Below are positions 1-9,215 of a stretch of DNA of 64,000 bases, in pieces. A program made the position numbers and the translations under genes. Each line of letters begins with the position of its first letter. Position 1 is the first letter of the stretch. Source of the DNA: Patescibacteria group bacterium (GTDB lineage: Bacteria > Patescibacteriota > CPR2 > UBA1875 > CAIMLA01); NCBI GenBank assembly GCA_041738615.1, contig JBGSPL010000004.1, forward strand, positions 129,203 through 193,202. The letters run 5' to 3'. The notes under the pieces were generated by a model. The model saw only the letters and a list, made by a program, of their open reading frames with translations. It was not told where the DNA came from and made no database searches.

Positions 1-792
1 AATATTGATAGGGCTGTTTTTAACATTAGGGGAACAATTATTACGGAAAAGGACGCCCCACGACTACCAAAGGGAGTTATTCCAGTAATCTTTGATTTTG
101 AGAAGAAAGAAACATTCCTAAGCGCACTGGATGGTGTTACCAAAGTATTTCTCATGCGACCACCACAGATGGGTGACCCGAAACATATATACCCATTTAT
201 CGATGCCTTCAAAGATGCTGGAGTTAAGCAGATTGTCTTTTTGTCGCTTTTGGGGGTTCAACACAACCCACTTGCACCGCACGGATATTTAGAGAAATAT
301 ATTGTTAAATCGGGTATTCCCTATACGTTACTTCGACCAAGCTTCTTTATGCAAAATCTTTCCACTACCCACTGTAAAGACATCAGGGAGTGCGATGAAA
401 TTGTTGTCCCTGCAGGTAGGGGCAAAACAAGCTTTATTGACGCCCGAGATATTGGAGCGTTTGGTGCCAAGGTGTTTGAGAATGAACAATATCTAAACAA
501 AGCATACGACCTGACGGGTAGTGAAGCACTGGACTACTATCAGGTCGCCGAGATACTGTCCAAAGCGACCGGAAAGAAAATTACTTATACCAACCCTTCC
601 TCTTCAGTATTCGGCAAACGAATGGAAGGCGAGGGGTCTGCCAAAGATTTTGTCACAGTGATGAAGGGTATTTATTTGGTAGCTAAACTTGGGTTAGCGG
701 GCAAAGTGACAAATGAATTTGCAAATGTGATGGGCAGGCAACCGATCACATTTAAACAATTCGCCGAGGATAACAAAGATCTATTTATTTAG
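1..792 (+). CDS. NmrA-like NAD(P)-binding protein (atypical SDR), 5'-truncated at the window edge
   Basis: Frame 1 is open from nt 1, so the true start lies upstream of the first Met at 154. The C-terminal part matches NmrA/PCBER-like proteins (LLRPSFFMQNL motif). The Rossmann N-terminus is outside the window. Confidence 0.6.
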   Translation, partial: NIDRAVFNIRGTIITEKDAPRLPKGVIPVIFDFEKKETFLSALDGVTKVFLMRPPQMGDPKHIYPFIDAFKDAGVKQIVFLSLLGVQHNPLAPHGYLEKYIVKSGIPYTLLRPSFFMQNLSTTHCKDIRECDEIVVPAGRGKTSFIDARDIGAFGAKVFENEQYLNKAYDLTGSEALDYYQVAEILSKATGKKITYTNPSSSVFGKRMEGEGSAKDFVTVMKGIYLVAKLGLAGKVTNEFANVMGRQPITFKQFAEDNKDLFI

Positions 793-1164
793 TAAGCGAC
801 CGATAAAGAATTTGGTAGCGTAATCTATCGGAATGAGAATAACAATTAGATAACTAAACCAAGTTTTGGGGTCCTTAAAGTAGTTTTGGCTTTCTATGGG
901 GCCGATTATTCTTGTCGTGACCAGGACATCAAAGATAATCACAATAACCATCCAAACTATTCCATATCTCAGGGCTTCTAGGACTGTTTTTGGGTTGGCC
1001 ATTTTAGAAATTAAATAGAGTGAGGCGATATTAAAAGTAATGACAAAAACCCATGGGAACCCCTGTGTGGCGTCCTGCTTGAAAAGCATCATTATCGCAA
1101 CGGCAAGGAAAACAATTACGAAAACCAAGAGCGGTAGAGCTAGGTATGTTAAGGACTTTTTCAT
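781..1164 (-). CDS. Hypothetical integral membrane protein (3-4 TM helices)
   Basis: 127 aa ORF made mostly of hydrophobic helices, with no recognisable motif. Confidence 0.45.
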   Translation of the reverse strand: MKKSLTYLALPLLVFVIVFLAVAIMMLFKQDATQGFPWVFVITFNIASLYLISKMANPKTVLEALRYGIVWMVIVIIFDVLVTTRIIGPIESQNYFKDPKTWFSYLIVILIPIDYATKFFIGRLLNK

Positions 1165-1202
1165 AAATTAATTCTAACATAAAACAGGTTCAAGCATTTA
1201 GT

Positions 1203-1238
1203 TAAAATGAAAATAATACCTTTTCCAAGGTATTATTT
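1203..1238 (-). terminator. Intrinsic terminator hairpin immediately 3' of the tmRNA
   Basis: Reverse complement reads aaataatacctt-ggaa-aaggtattattt followed by tcatttt, a hairpin plus T-run directly after the tmRNA CCA end. Confidence 0.6.
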
Positions 1239-1239
1239 T

Positions 1240-1635
1240 GGTGGAGCTGGTGGGTACCGCCCCCACGTCCGAAAGCGAATTCGAAATAATTTGTAACAAT
1301 CATACTCGTGACTGGTAGTTTTGGTGCTGATGGTCAAGTCTCGAGAAAATCCATCGGCCTTATCCTCTAGAGTTTCAGGCTAGCTTAGAGAAGTCACTAG
1401 CCCTACCCCTGACATATATGGCACTCAGTAGCGAACGATTCAGGTCTCACTCACAAGAGCGGTTACTGCGTATTAGGCAGCAACTGGTGCAAAGCTGTTT
1501 ACGCTGAAAGCGCTAGCAACCTTACTAACAAAGTTTTTTGCAACTATGTTTGATCTGCTGAATAACGCGGACAGACCACCGCGGATTGCATCATTTCGAT
1601 TTCAAGATACCTTCGTCGAAGCTAGTTCAGCCCCC
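1240..1635 (-). ncRNA. ssrA: tmRNA (SsrA), one-piece, about 396 nt
   Basis: On the minus strand the 5' end GGGGCTGAACTAGCTTCGACGAAGG and the 3' end GGACGTGGGGGCGGTACCCACCAGCTCCACCA match the E. coli tmRNA tRNA-like domain (GGGGCUGAUUCUGGAUUCGACGGG ... GGACGCGGGUUCAACUCCCGCCAGCUCCACCA), including an encoded CCA. The internal tag reading frame ends ...AFSVNSFAPVAA-stop (forward coordinates about 1474-1541), with a GCA resume codon. Confidence 0.88.
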
Positions 1636-1689
1636 CGAGCCGTCCACCTACCCTGTAGGAGGATGGCGCGGAGTGCAAAATGCCTCATA

Positions 1690-1718
1690 AATATAACACA
1701 AATGAGTGTAAAAGTCAA
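1690..1718 (-). promoter_or_regulatory. Putative tmRNA promoter (TTGACT-17-TATATT)
   Basis: The minus-strand sequence cTTGACTtttacactcatttgtgtTATATT lies about 45 nt upstream of the mature tmRNA 5' end, consistent with a processed precursor leader. Confidence 0.5.
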
Positions 1719-2119
1719 GATTAACTCAGGCACGAAGAAGGCCCGTATAGATGCGAGCCGGCGCTTTGTGGGCGCGAGCCAACTTCGATAACGGGCCCTT
1801 GTGAGGAAAGCTGATGTGTTAGCTTCCTCGGAGCTGAACGTGCGACACAAACCGGGTGGTGATGATTGGGAAGATCCCGAGCAGGTACCACTTGGTACGA
1901 ATCTGGATTCCCCCGGGGACGTGATCGATGTGACGATACGTTGGTGTGGATACCGGGACCGCTTCCCAGTACTGCGTTTTCGTGGCTGCTGTCACACTCT
2001 TTGTCGTCAAGTTGCTCGACAAAGCCGCAACTTTGCTATCCGAAGTCCTTCGCTTCATGCGAATCATCTCCAAGGTTCGTGCTCATCGAGCAGATGCCGA
2101 ACTATTTCGGCTAATGTGT
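1719..2119 (-). other. GC-rich untranslated segment (island 0) lying between two near-duplicate minus-strand promoters; possible structured RNA or long tmRNA-precursor leader
   Basis: GC is clearly higher than flanking DNA. Only overlapping ORFs without an SD are present. There are several strong hairpins, for example GAGGAAAGCTGA-TGTG-TTAGCTTCCTC. It is bounded by the promoters at 1690-1718 and 2120-2147. Confidence 0.3.
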
Positions 2120-2147
2120 ATTATAGCACAAATATACAAAAAGTCAA
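2120..2147 (-). promoter_or_regulatory. Second consensus promoter (TTGACT-16-TATAAT), a near-duplicate of the tmRNA promoter
   Basis: The minus strand reads aaCTTGACTTTTTgtatATTTGTGcTATAAT. It shares the 10-mer CTTGACTTTT, the 7-mer ATTTGTG and the -10 with the tmRNA promoter 430 nt downstream. Confidence 0.5.
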
Positions 2148-2148
2148 G

Positions 2149-3933
2149 TTATTTCTTGCGTGGTTTGGCGAGAACTTGTTTGCCAATTTCCGATGCGAGA
2201 AAGTAGCCTGTCCGTAGCCAGCCCTTGCGTGGGTTGAATCGGACATTTTGCTTGCCGGGATACCCTGACTTTAGCTGTGACTTTGAACTTAGCACTGACT
2301 CCTGATCAATCTCCGATAAAATTTCGTATTGTAGCTTCTTTTGCCACATATATTTCGGTGCTTCGTTATCTTTCCGCTTGGCCATATTTCTCTTAATATC
2401 CAAAATGGCGGTTATGGTCCAACCCTGTTCATGCTCGGGAGCGAATTGGTCGACAATCTCGCCGTCGCTACCAGTCTTCTTACTTACGTAGTCCAGAATG
2501 GGGTGGCCCTCTTTGTTCACAAAGAAAAATTCGTAGTGTTTACCTGCCATATTGACTCCGTTTAGGAGGCGTGTTTCGAGCTGTTCCGCTAGTCTTGGTA
2601 ACCCTTGGCGACGGAATCCCTTCGCAATCTTGTAGGTGTCGATAGGCCAGCTTACCAGGCTCCCGTGATAGTCTGCCACTGTGAAACCATCGGCATACTT
2701 GAGAGCTCGGGTTCTGATGCCGACGTCGGTAATAAACTCTTTGGAAAACAGCTGTTTGGTGATAGGCGTAATGTATTTTTGTTTTTCCTCTTCGGTGAGG
2801 TCGTCAAACAGCGAGGAGTCCAGTAGTCTGCCGCAGCTAGACTCAAGGGTGGTGACAGGTACCATCTCCCTATTTACGTCTTCTTCGAGACAGCTTATGA
2901 AAAAGTTGTTCTTAGCAGAATACATTTTTTCTCTGGTGTTTATCCTAATTCCCTGGGCTTTATTTCGAAGTTGCTCCGCTTTGTCTTTGTCTGCTTCAAG
3001 CGAAGCAGTAGAATCCAAGGCATCGATACAAAGAGATTGAATCTCGGGGTAAATTATCCGACCAGTGATATTTGCTAGGCTCCCATCGGGTTTCAGAATT
3101 GCGGTTAGAGAGTCCTTCCAGGTTTGTCCAAAATAGTTACCCTTTTTGTTTCGGCGCTCAACCTCTACTAGGCCCTCTGAACCAATATGGGAGGTAATCC
3201 ATCCCGCTGCACCTTCTACGGTATCTCGTATGGTCGCTGTTTCCTGGTCGTTTCTAACGACTTGTTGGTCCAGAATCTCTTCACCGTACAAAGAACAATA
3301 TTTACTAACGAGAAGAAGATAGAGGGGGGTAGAATCGGCAGCAAAGTAGGTAGTTTTCCACTCTGAATCAGAACTTCCTACCCAGGCTCTTTCGACTGCC
3401 TTGCCAATAGTTCTCTGTAGAAATCCACTGCCGTAAGCTTGATTTCTTGACTCGTGATGTATCTTTCCCGGTGACTCCTCTGTCTTTGCATTTTCTTTCG
3501 TGCCTTGTCTTTCTGCGAGTGAAACAATGATTTTAGTCGCTAGTTCCTGGTTGTGCTCTACTACTTCCAGACCAATCTCGGCCGAGTCACGCCCAAAGAC
3601 GGCCTGATCATACTTGCCTTCGGCACTAGCGCTCACACCATTCTCAGTTTCCACCTGTTTTAGTCCCTTGAGGGCGCTTGGCGGCACACACTGAGAAGCA
3701 GGGACTTCTGTCTGGGCAGGCTGCTCTGAAATAGCACCATCATCGCAAATAGTGAGATCTGGCGCCGTCCAGGCAGGTAGGGATTCGCCGGTTTCTACCG
3801 AGGCATGTTCTACTACAGTGGACTCTGGAATAACCTCTCCGTGGGCCTTCATAGCTTCTGCAACTTTCTCTTTGGCGTCAAAATCTGGAGTATTTGCTTC
3901 AGGCAAAGCGGGGTGGTTCTCAGCTAGCATCAC
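2149..3933 (-). CDS. Amylo-alpha-1,6-glucosidase / glycogen-debranching-enzyme-like six-hairpin glycoside hydrolase
   Basis: 594 aa. It contains the VFGRDS motif and overall resembles bacterial and archaeal GDE-family (alpha/alpha)6 barrel proteins. Confidence 0.5.
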   Translation of the reverse strand: MMLAENHPALPEANTPDFDAKEKVAEAMKAHGEVIPESTVVEHASVETGESLPAWTAPDLTICDDGAISEQPAQTEVPASQCVPPSALKGLKQVETENGVSASAEGKYDQAVFGRDSAEIGLEVVEHNQELATKIIVSLAERQGTKENAKTEESPGKIHHESRNQAYGSGFLQRTIGKAVERAWVGSSDSEWKTTYFAADSTPLYLLLVSKYCSLYGEEILDQQVVRNDQETATIRDTVEGAAGWITSHIGSEGLVEVERRNKKGNYFGQTWKDSLTAILKPDGSLANITGRIIYPEIQSLCIDALDSTASLEADKDKAEQLRNKAQGIRINTREKMYSAKNNFFISCLEEDVNREMVPVTTLESSCGRLLDSSLFDDLTEEEKQKYITPITKQLFSKEFITDVGIRTRALKYADGFTVADYHGSLVSWPIDTYKIAKGFRRQGLPRLAEQLETRLLNGVNMAGKHYEFFFVNKEGHPILDYVSKKTGSDGEIVDQFAPEHEQGWTITAILDIKRNMAKRKDNEAPKYMWQKKLQYEILSEIDQESVLSSKSQLKSGYPGKQNVRFNPRKGWLRTGYFLASEIGKQVLAKPRKK

Positions 3934-4969
3934 TCATACCCTCCTTGTCGTTAAATGACTTCAACCTCTGAAGGTAGATGAAACCAAGCCCAAGTGGGGC
4001 CCAGAAATTGAGCCCTCTGTAGGTGATAGAGATGGCAGTAGCACTGATGAGAGGTACACCAAAGGATGTGAATATTAGGACGAGTACGGCTTCTACGGCA
4101 CCTACTCCTTCCGGGTGTGGTGAAACGACACGAACAACCTCTGCAAATACATATCCAGCGATGATAGCACCATAGTGGATATGGATATCGAAAGCTGCGA
4201 AAACCACAAAGAGGGAAGTCACGTTCACGACATGGGCGAGGAGAGCGAAAGCTAGCGTTTCGGCAATCTTTTTGCCATGTCCATAGAGAGCCTCGGACGC
4301 AATAGTGAGCTCACCTACGATATGGGTAGCCCAATCTGCCGGTAGTTTTTTCTGTATTTTTAACTTGTGACAAATGTAGTTGAAAGTTTTTGCTAGAAAA
4401 TTCAAAAAGGAGGTAGTAGCTCGAGTCTTCTTGGTAGCAGTCAGAAGTAGTAAGGGAGGCAGAATAGTGGGAATGACGAAGATAGAGGCGCCAAACACTT
4501 CATAGCTATTTAGTAAACCGGACTTTTGTAGGAAGACGATGGCAAAGATCAGAAGAACAAAAAACGAAGAGTAGCTGGAGACAGTACTCACTAAATATCC
4601 CACCACAGCCTTGGTAGAGGATTCCCTCCTTCTTACAGCATCATCTGCAAAAAGGATAGTACCAGAGTTCCCGGCGGTCGGCGCCAGCGTGTTTACAAAA
4701 AGCGAACCGAGGACGAGAGGGAAGAGATCTTTGATATCCCTCTTTATGTCTACCGTCTCAAACGCCTTTTGGGTCATTAGGGAAAAAATGTAGTAGTAAA
4801 GTACTTGGGTTGCGGCGGCGAGAAGTAGCCAGCGCCAGCTACCCTGAGATAGGGCATTGATTACAGCGAGGAGTTCCTTCCAGTTTATGTAAGCGTAAAC
4901 TAGAAAGGTGAGAAGCAAGGCTCCTAAAAATAATTTTCGTTTAGAAACTTTAAAGTGTAGTATCTTCAA
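3920..4969 (-). CDS. Flippase-like membrane protein (UPF0104 / lysylphosphatidylglycerol synthase TM-region family)
   Basis: 349 aa polytopic membrane protein with a basic N-terminus. It overlaps the downstream glycosidase by 14 nt and the upstream GT2 by 20 nt, consistent with an operon. Confidence 0.5.
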   Translation of the reverse strand: MKILHFKVSKRKLFLGALLLTFLVYAYINWKELLAVINALSQGSWRWLLLAAATQVLYYYIFSLMTQKAFETVDIKRDIKDLFPLVLGSLFVNTLAPTAGNSGTILFADDAVRRRESSTKAVVGYLVSTVSSYSSFFVLLIFAIVFLQKSGLLNSYEVFGASIFVIPTILPPLLLLTATKKTRATTSFLNFLAKTFNYICHKLKIQKKLPADWATHIVGELTIASEALYGHGKKIAETLAFALLAHVVNVTSLFVVFAAFDIHIHYGAIIAGYVFAEVVRVVSPHPEGVGAVEAVLVLIFTSFGVPLISATAISITYRGLNFWAPLGLGFIYLQRLKSFNDKEGMSDAS

Positions 4970-5678
4970 GGCTAAACCTGTTTAGATGTCTCTTGTAGAG
5001 ATAGCTCAGACTCACCATATTTAGGAACTGCAGGCCCACAAGGAATATTGGGAAAGCGCGAAAAATATTGAATACCATAAGGTAATCTGCAGCGACACCC
5101 TCCCAGTACGTCATTTTTTCACTTTTTGGTGTGGCGTAGAGGTTTGGTAGATGGACACTAATGAAGGTCTTGCCGCGCTTTAGAAAAGAGTCGTTCATCA
5201 GTACTTCTAGGCCGTAGCCTATTTCGGGTTTGCACCAAATTTCTCTATCTAGCAGCAGTTCCTTTCGAATAGCACGTTCTCCGCTTACAAAATCCATTCG
5301 GAATAGCTTGTATATGAGTGATGAGTTGCCACGATAGCTTATGGTCCAGTCGACCTTGTTTTCGATGACTGGCGAAGCCAAATCGGTAATATTCTGTTCG
5401 GTCAATCCTTTGAGATCGGCATCTAGAAGCACTACGACATCGTATCGGGCTTGTTTAATGCCGCTACGTATAGCCATCGTCTTGCCCTGAGAAACTTTCT
5501 TTTCGATAACTTTCGTATGAAAAGTCTTCGCAATGTCGATCGTCTTGTCCGTAGAACCATCAGAAACAACTATCACCTCGCCTACGAGCGGATGTTTGCA
5601 AACCGGTTTCAAGACGTTTGCCAATCTCGGTTCTTCATTTTTTGCGGCTATAATTACGCTTACTTTATTGTGATGCAT
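4950..5678 (-). CDS. Family 2 glycosyltransferase (GT2, dolichyl-phosphate glycosyltransferase-like)
   Basis: N-terminus VSVIIAAKNEE...VIVVSDGSTD...LLDADL (DXD). The ORF extends to 5708, but a perfect TATAAT lies inside that extension 10 nt upstream of the ATG at 5678 (MHHNK...), suggesting a near-leaderless start there. Confidence 0.65.
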   Translation of the reverse strand: MHHNKVSVIIAAKNEEPRLANVLKPVCKHPLVGEVIVVSDGSTDKTIDIAKTFHTKVIEKKVSQGKTMAIRSGIKQARYDVVVLLDADLKGLTEQNITDLASPVIENKVDWTISYRGNSSLIYKLFRMDFVSGERAIRKELLLDREIWCKPEIGYGLEVLMNDSFLKRGKTFISVHLPNLYATPKSEKMTYWEGVAADYLMVFNIFRAFPIFLVGLQFLNMVSLSYLYKRHLNRFSLEDTTL

Positions 5679-5772
5679 TATGGGTAGTATTATAGCGGAA
5701 AACGGCAATAATTGTTACTAGTTTGCCAATATACTCAGAATATTGTCAGAATTATTGTATAATGATTATAAG

Positions 5773-7074
5773 ATGAAAATAGCCTACCTGACAGATACAT
5801 ATCAGCCAGAAGTAAATGGAATTGTAACGAGTATTACAAATTTCACTACACGTCTTGCGGAGGCAGGCAATGAAGTACTGATTATAGCCCCCAAGTACAA
5901 TCGCAAAAAGGACCAGCCGATACCGAACATCACTATCAAGCGCTACGCCTCGTTTTCCTTTGCGACCAACAAGAACACCCATATCGCATACCCAGCTCTT
6001 TTGGGCATCATCCGGGATCTCCGTGAATTTAAGGCGGATATTGTCCATGTCCAAACCCCGATGAGTATAGGCGTCTCCGGTGTAATCGCAGCCCGAATAC
6101 TCGGGATCAAGCTGGTCCAGACCTATCATACCTACCTTCCCGACTTTATGGTTTATGTGAACCCCTATAACCTGCTTGGGGTGGGCAAGGCATCGGAGCT
6201 TGTTACAAGCTCTCGAGTGTGGAAGAAGATTATCGAGTCGAATGCAGTGGAGAAATTCGCTACCTTCGGAGGTGATACCCTAAAACGTTCGGAGGTGGTG
6301 CGGGCAATCAATAAGCAACTTCGTAGGACCCAGAAGTACCGTGATGGGAAAACAGTCTCGGACCGATTTGCTTGGGATTTTACTCGCATTCTCTATGGCA
6401 GGTCAGACATCGTATTTTCACCATCGATTGCCCTCGCAAAACTACTTACCAGACACAGGGTGGGCGTTCCTAGTATAGATATGAGCAACGGCATAGAATT
6501 TCACCAATTTGCCAAGAAGAAGGATTATCACATTCGCAATAAGATGATTTACGTGGGGCGACTGGGCTTAGAAAAGGGCGTAGATGTTGTCGTGAAAGCT
6601 TTCGCTATTGCCAGAGAGAAGAATCCTGCACTGCGCCTTGACATCTTTGGCGAAGGACCAGCAAAAAAGGAACTGGAAGTGCTCATCGCGAAGCTAGGGA
6701 TCGGTGAGAGTGTTGGGTTTGTTGGTTTCGTGACCCGGCCTACCATCAAAAGGGCGCTCAAGCAGCACGATTTCTTTGTGACGGCTAGTACTATGGAAAC
6801 CCAGGGGTTAGTAATCTTAGAGGCGATGGCCGCAGGCCTTCCTGTGCTCGGTGTCGATGCCCTCGCGGTGCCTGAGCTCGTGCACGATGAGCAGAATGGC
6901 TATCTGGTGAAGCCTAGGGATCCGAAAGAGATGGCCGAGGCTATGCTGAAGCTTACCGAGAGTGCCGCTAGAAACAAAAAATTCGGCCAAAAATCTCTGG
7001 AGTTTGCCGAAGTTCATGATATTTCGAATTGTGTTACAAAGCTGGAATCTGCCTACAAGAAACTATTGTCTTAG
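5773..7074 (+). CDS. Family 4 glycosyltransferase (GT4, retaining, EX7E motif)
   Basis: Starts MKIAYLTDTYQPEVNGIV. The C-terminus reads ...METQGLVILEAMAAGLPVLGVD...DEQNGYLV. The ORF opens at 5743, but an extended -10 (TGTATAAT, about 5750-5760) argues for the start at 5773. It is divergent from the GT2 operon. Confidence 0.7.
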   Translation: MKIAYLTDTYQPEVNGIVTSITNFTTRLAEAGNEVLIIAPKYNRKKDQPIPNITIKRYASFSFATNKNTHIAYPALLGIIRDLREFKADIVHVQTPMSIGVSGVIAARILGIKLVQTYHTYLPDFMVYVNPYNLLGVGKASELVTSSRVWKKIIESNAVEKFATFGGDTLKRSEVVRAINKQLRRTQKYRDGKTVSDRFAWDFTRILYGRSDIVFSPSIALAKLLTRHRVGVPSIDMSNGIEFHQFAKKKDYHIRNKMIYVGRLGLEKGVDVVVKAFAIAREKNPALRLDIFGEGPAKKELEVLIAKLGIGESVGFVGFVTRPTIKRALKQHDFFVTASTMETQGLVILEAMAAGLPVLGVDALAVPELVHDEQNGYLVKPRDPKEMAEAMLKLTESAARNKKFGQKSLEFAEVHDISNCVTKLESAYKKLLS

Positions 7075-7529
7075 CGGACGCTGTCCTTTAGTTCTCGTCT
7101 TGTTTCTATATCTAGCTCTCTATTTTTGATCACGTTACGTTTGTCGTGCTGTTTCTTGCCTCTAGCGAGAGCAACCTCTACCTTGATGAGGCCGTGTGAG
7201 AAATAGATTTTTACCGGCACGATGGTATAGCCGGCAGTTTGAACTTTACTGATAAGCTCCGTGATTTCGCCCTTTTTTAGGAGCAAGCGACGGGCCCGAG
7301 TCGGCTCCGCGTTATTGGCAGCAGCTGGCTTGTAAGGTGAAACGTGAGCATTGTTTAGCCAGATTTGGTTATCCTTGACGCTAGCAAACGATTCCTTGAG
7401 TGATATGTGGCCATCACGAATACTCTTCACCTCTGGACCGATGAGCTCGATACCCGCTTCGAAGACTTCTAGAATCTCGTAGTCAAAGTGGGCTTTTTTA
7501 TTCGTTGCGATGACTTTTATGTTCTGCAT
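7071..7529 (-). CDS. smpB: SsrA-binding protein SmpB
   Basis: KVIATNKKAHFDYEILEVFEAGIELIGPEVKSIR is the canonical SmpB N-terminal signature. The product is 152 aa. Confidence 0.85.
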   Translation of the reverse strand: MQNIKVIATNKKAHFDYEILEVFEAGIELIGPEVKSIRDGHISLKESFASVKDNQIWLNNAHVSPYKPAAANNAEPTRARRLLLKKGEITELISKVQTAGYTIVPVKIYFSHGLIKVEVALARGKKQHDKRNVIKNRELDIETRRELKDSVR

Positions 7530-7550
7530 GGTAGGGCCATTATACTATGA

Positions 7551-9215
7551 TTGACGCTTAATTTCGAGTATAATGGCCCTATGATAACCGATAAAATAAC
7601 TGAATCAATTTTGTATTCACTTCAGCAAGTCTTTCAGCTTCATCTTAAGAGGGCTGACATCGAGGTCGTACAAACCTCCAGCAGAGAACACGGTGACTAC
7701 GCGAGTAATGTTGCTTTCCGACTGGCAAAGGAGCTTCACAAGAGTCCAAAGGAGATTGCAGAGGAGTTAGCGGTTTCGCTAAACGCTACTGGTGGCTTCA
7801 AAAAGGTTGAGGCCGTGAATGGCTTTGTGAATTTTTACCTAGATCACGAATATTTTCAGGGCATTGCTTCACAGATTTTGAAGGAAAAGGCTCATTATGC
7901 CGACCTGGATATCCTTAAGGGGAAGAAAGTACAAGTAGAGTTTATATCCGCCAATCCTACCGGTCCGCTGACTTTAGCGAACGGAAGAGGTGGTTTTGGT
8001 GGTGATGTACTAGCAAACGTATTTAGCAAAGTGGGCGCCAAAGTCGAACGAGAGTATTATGTCAACGATGGTGGTAATCAGGTAAAACTGCTCGGTGACT
8101 CTATCCTGGCAGCAGCAGGGAAACTAGAACCTTCCGACGATTTTTATAAAGGGCCTTATATCGAGGAATGGGCAAAAGATAACGCGAGAGCGATAGCAGA
8201 GACAAAGGATAGTTTTGCACTTGGTTCTATTGCAGCAGCCGAGCTTCTCGAGAAGAAAATTAAACCATCGGTTTCTCGGATGGGGATCCTCTTTGATCAG
8301 TGGTTCTCTGAAAAGGAGATGATTGACAGAGGCGAGGTAGATGAGGGGATTGAGAATCTCAAAAAATATGGGCACACTTATGAAAAAGACGGCGCTCTAT
8401 GGCTCAAGACCACTGAGAAGGCCGATGATAAAGATCGCGTAATCGTGAAGGCAGATGGCGAAAAGACATATTTCGCAAACGACATTGCTTATCATTTTGA
8501 TAAGTTCTACAAACGCAAATTCGACTTGGTAGTTAATTTCTGGGGTGCCGACCATCACGGTTATGTGGGTAGAATGATGGCTGCGGTGGCGCTTACTGTG
8601 GGTAGTGTGGGTACTTTGAGGATTGCTATCATGCAGATGGTTCGCCTTGTAAAGGATGGCCAGGAATACAAAATGTCGAAACGCAAGGGTACTTATGTCA
8701 CTATGGATGACCTGTTGGAGCTTATCGGGGGTACAGAGTCTGATGCTAGTGACGTTGCCAGATTCTTCTTTCTTTCACGTTCATTCAATACCCATATGGA
8801 CTTCGACCTTGACCTTGCCAAGGAACGGTCCGATAAGAACCCGGTATTCTATGTGAAGTATGCCTATGCCAGACTTTCTGGGATTTTGCGTAACGCAGAA
8901 GCAATGAAATTGCCAAAGCCAGATTTATCACTCCTTGTAGAGCCGCAGGAGACGGAGCTTATCGAGCAGATGGCACAGTTACCTCAGGTAATTGCCAGTA
9001 TCGTTACATTCGATGAGTACCCAGTTCACTTCCTAACCTTTTATGCGATTGATCTTGCGAAGAAGTTTCATGTTTTTTACGATAAATGCCGAGTAATAGA
9101 CGAAGAAAACTTGAGTCTCACGGCCGCACGTATAGAGCTGGTACGAGCAACGCAAATAGTTCTCGGCATCGTAATGCGAGACCTTATTGGGATTGATGCA
9201 CCAGAGAAGATGTAA
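7551..9215 (+). CDS. argS: Arginine--tRNA ligase (class I) with a degenerate HIGH motif
   Basis: Contains SANPTGPL...GRGG, MSKRKG and a C-terminal DALR domain (YVKYAYARLSGILRNA). HIGH is replaced by TLAN. Confidence 0.8.
   Translation: MTLNFEYNGPMITDKITESILYSLQQVFQLHLKRADIEVVQTSSREHGDYASNVAFRLAKELHKSPKEIAEELAVSLNATGGFKKVEAVNGFVNFYLDHEYFQGIASQILKEKAHYADLDILKGKKVQVEFISANPTGPLTLANGRGGFGGDVLANVFSKVGAKVEREYYVNDGGNQVKLLGDSILAAAGKLEPSDDFYKGPYIEEWAKDNARAIAETKDSFALGSIAAAELLEKKIKPSVSRMGILFDQWFSEKEMIDRGEVDEGIENLKKYGHTYEKDGALWLKTTEKADDKDRVIVKADGEKTYFANDIAYHFDKFYKRKFDLVVNFWGADHHGYVGRMMAAVALTVGSVGTLRIAIMQMVRLVKDGQEYKMSKRKGTYVTMDDLLELIGGTESDASDVARFFFLSRSFNTHMDFDLDLAKERSDKNPVFYVKYAYARLSGILRNAEAMKLPKPDLSLLVEPQETELIEQMAQLPQVIASIVTFDEYPVHFLTFYAIDLAKKFHVFYDKCRVIDEENLSLTAARIELVRATQIVLGIVMRDLIGIDAPEKM

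Noticed and set aside
1546-1850. Overlapping ORFs 1546-1791 (+) and 1602-1850 (-)
   Set aside because: They lie across the tmRNA gene and its promoter. The tmRNA assignment rests on strong 5' and 3' consensus matches, and the ORFs have no SD.
2341-3958. Several plus-strand ORFs (2341-2565, 2605-2826, 2681-3040, 3752-3958) opposite the GDE-like gene
   Set aside because: They are antisense to a long, well-supported 594-aa ORF and have no SDs.
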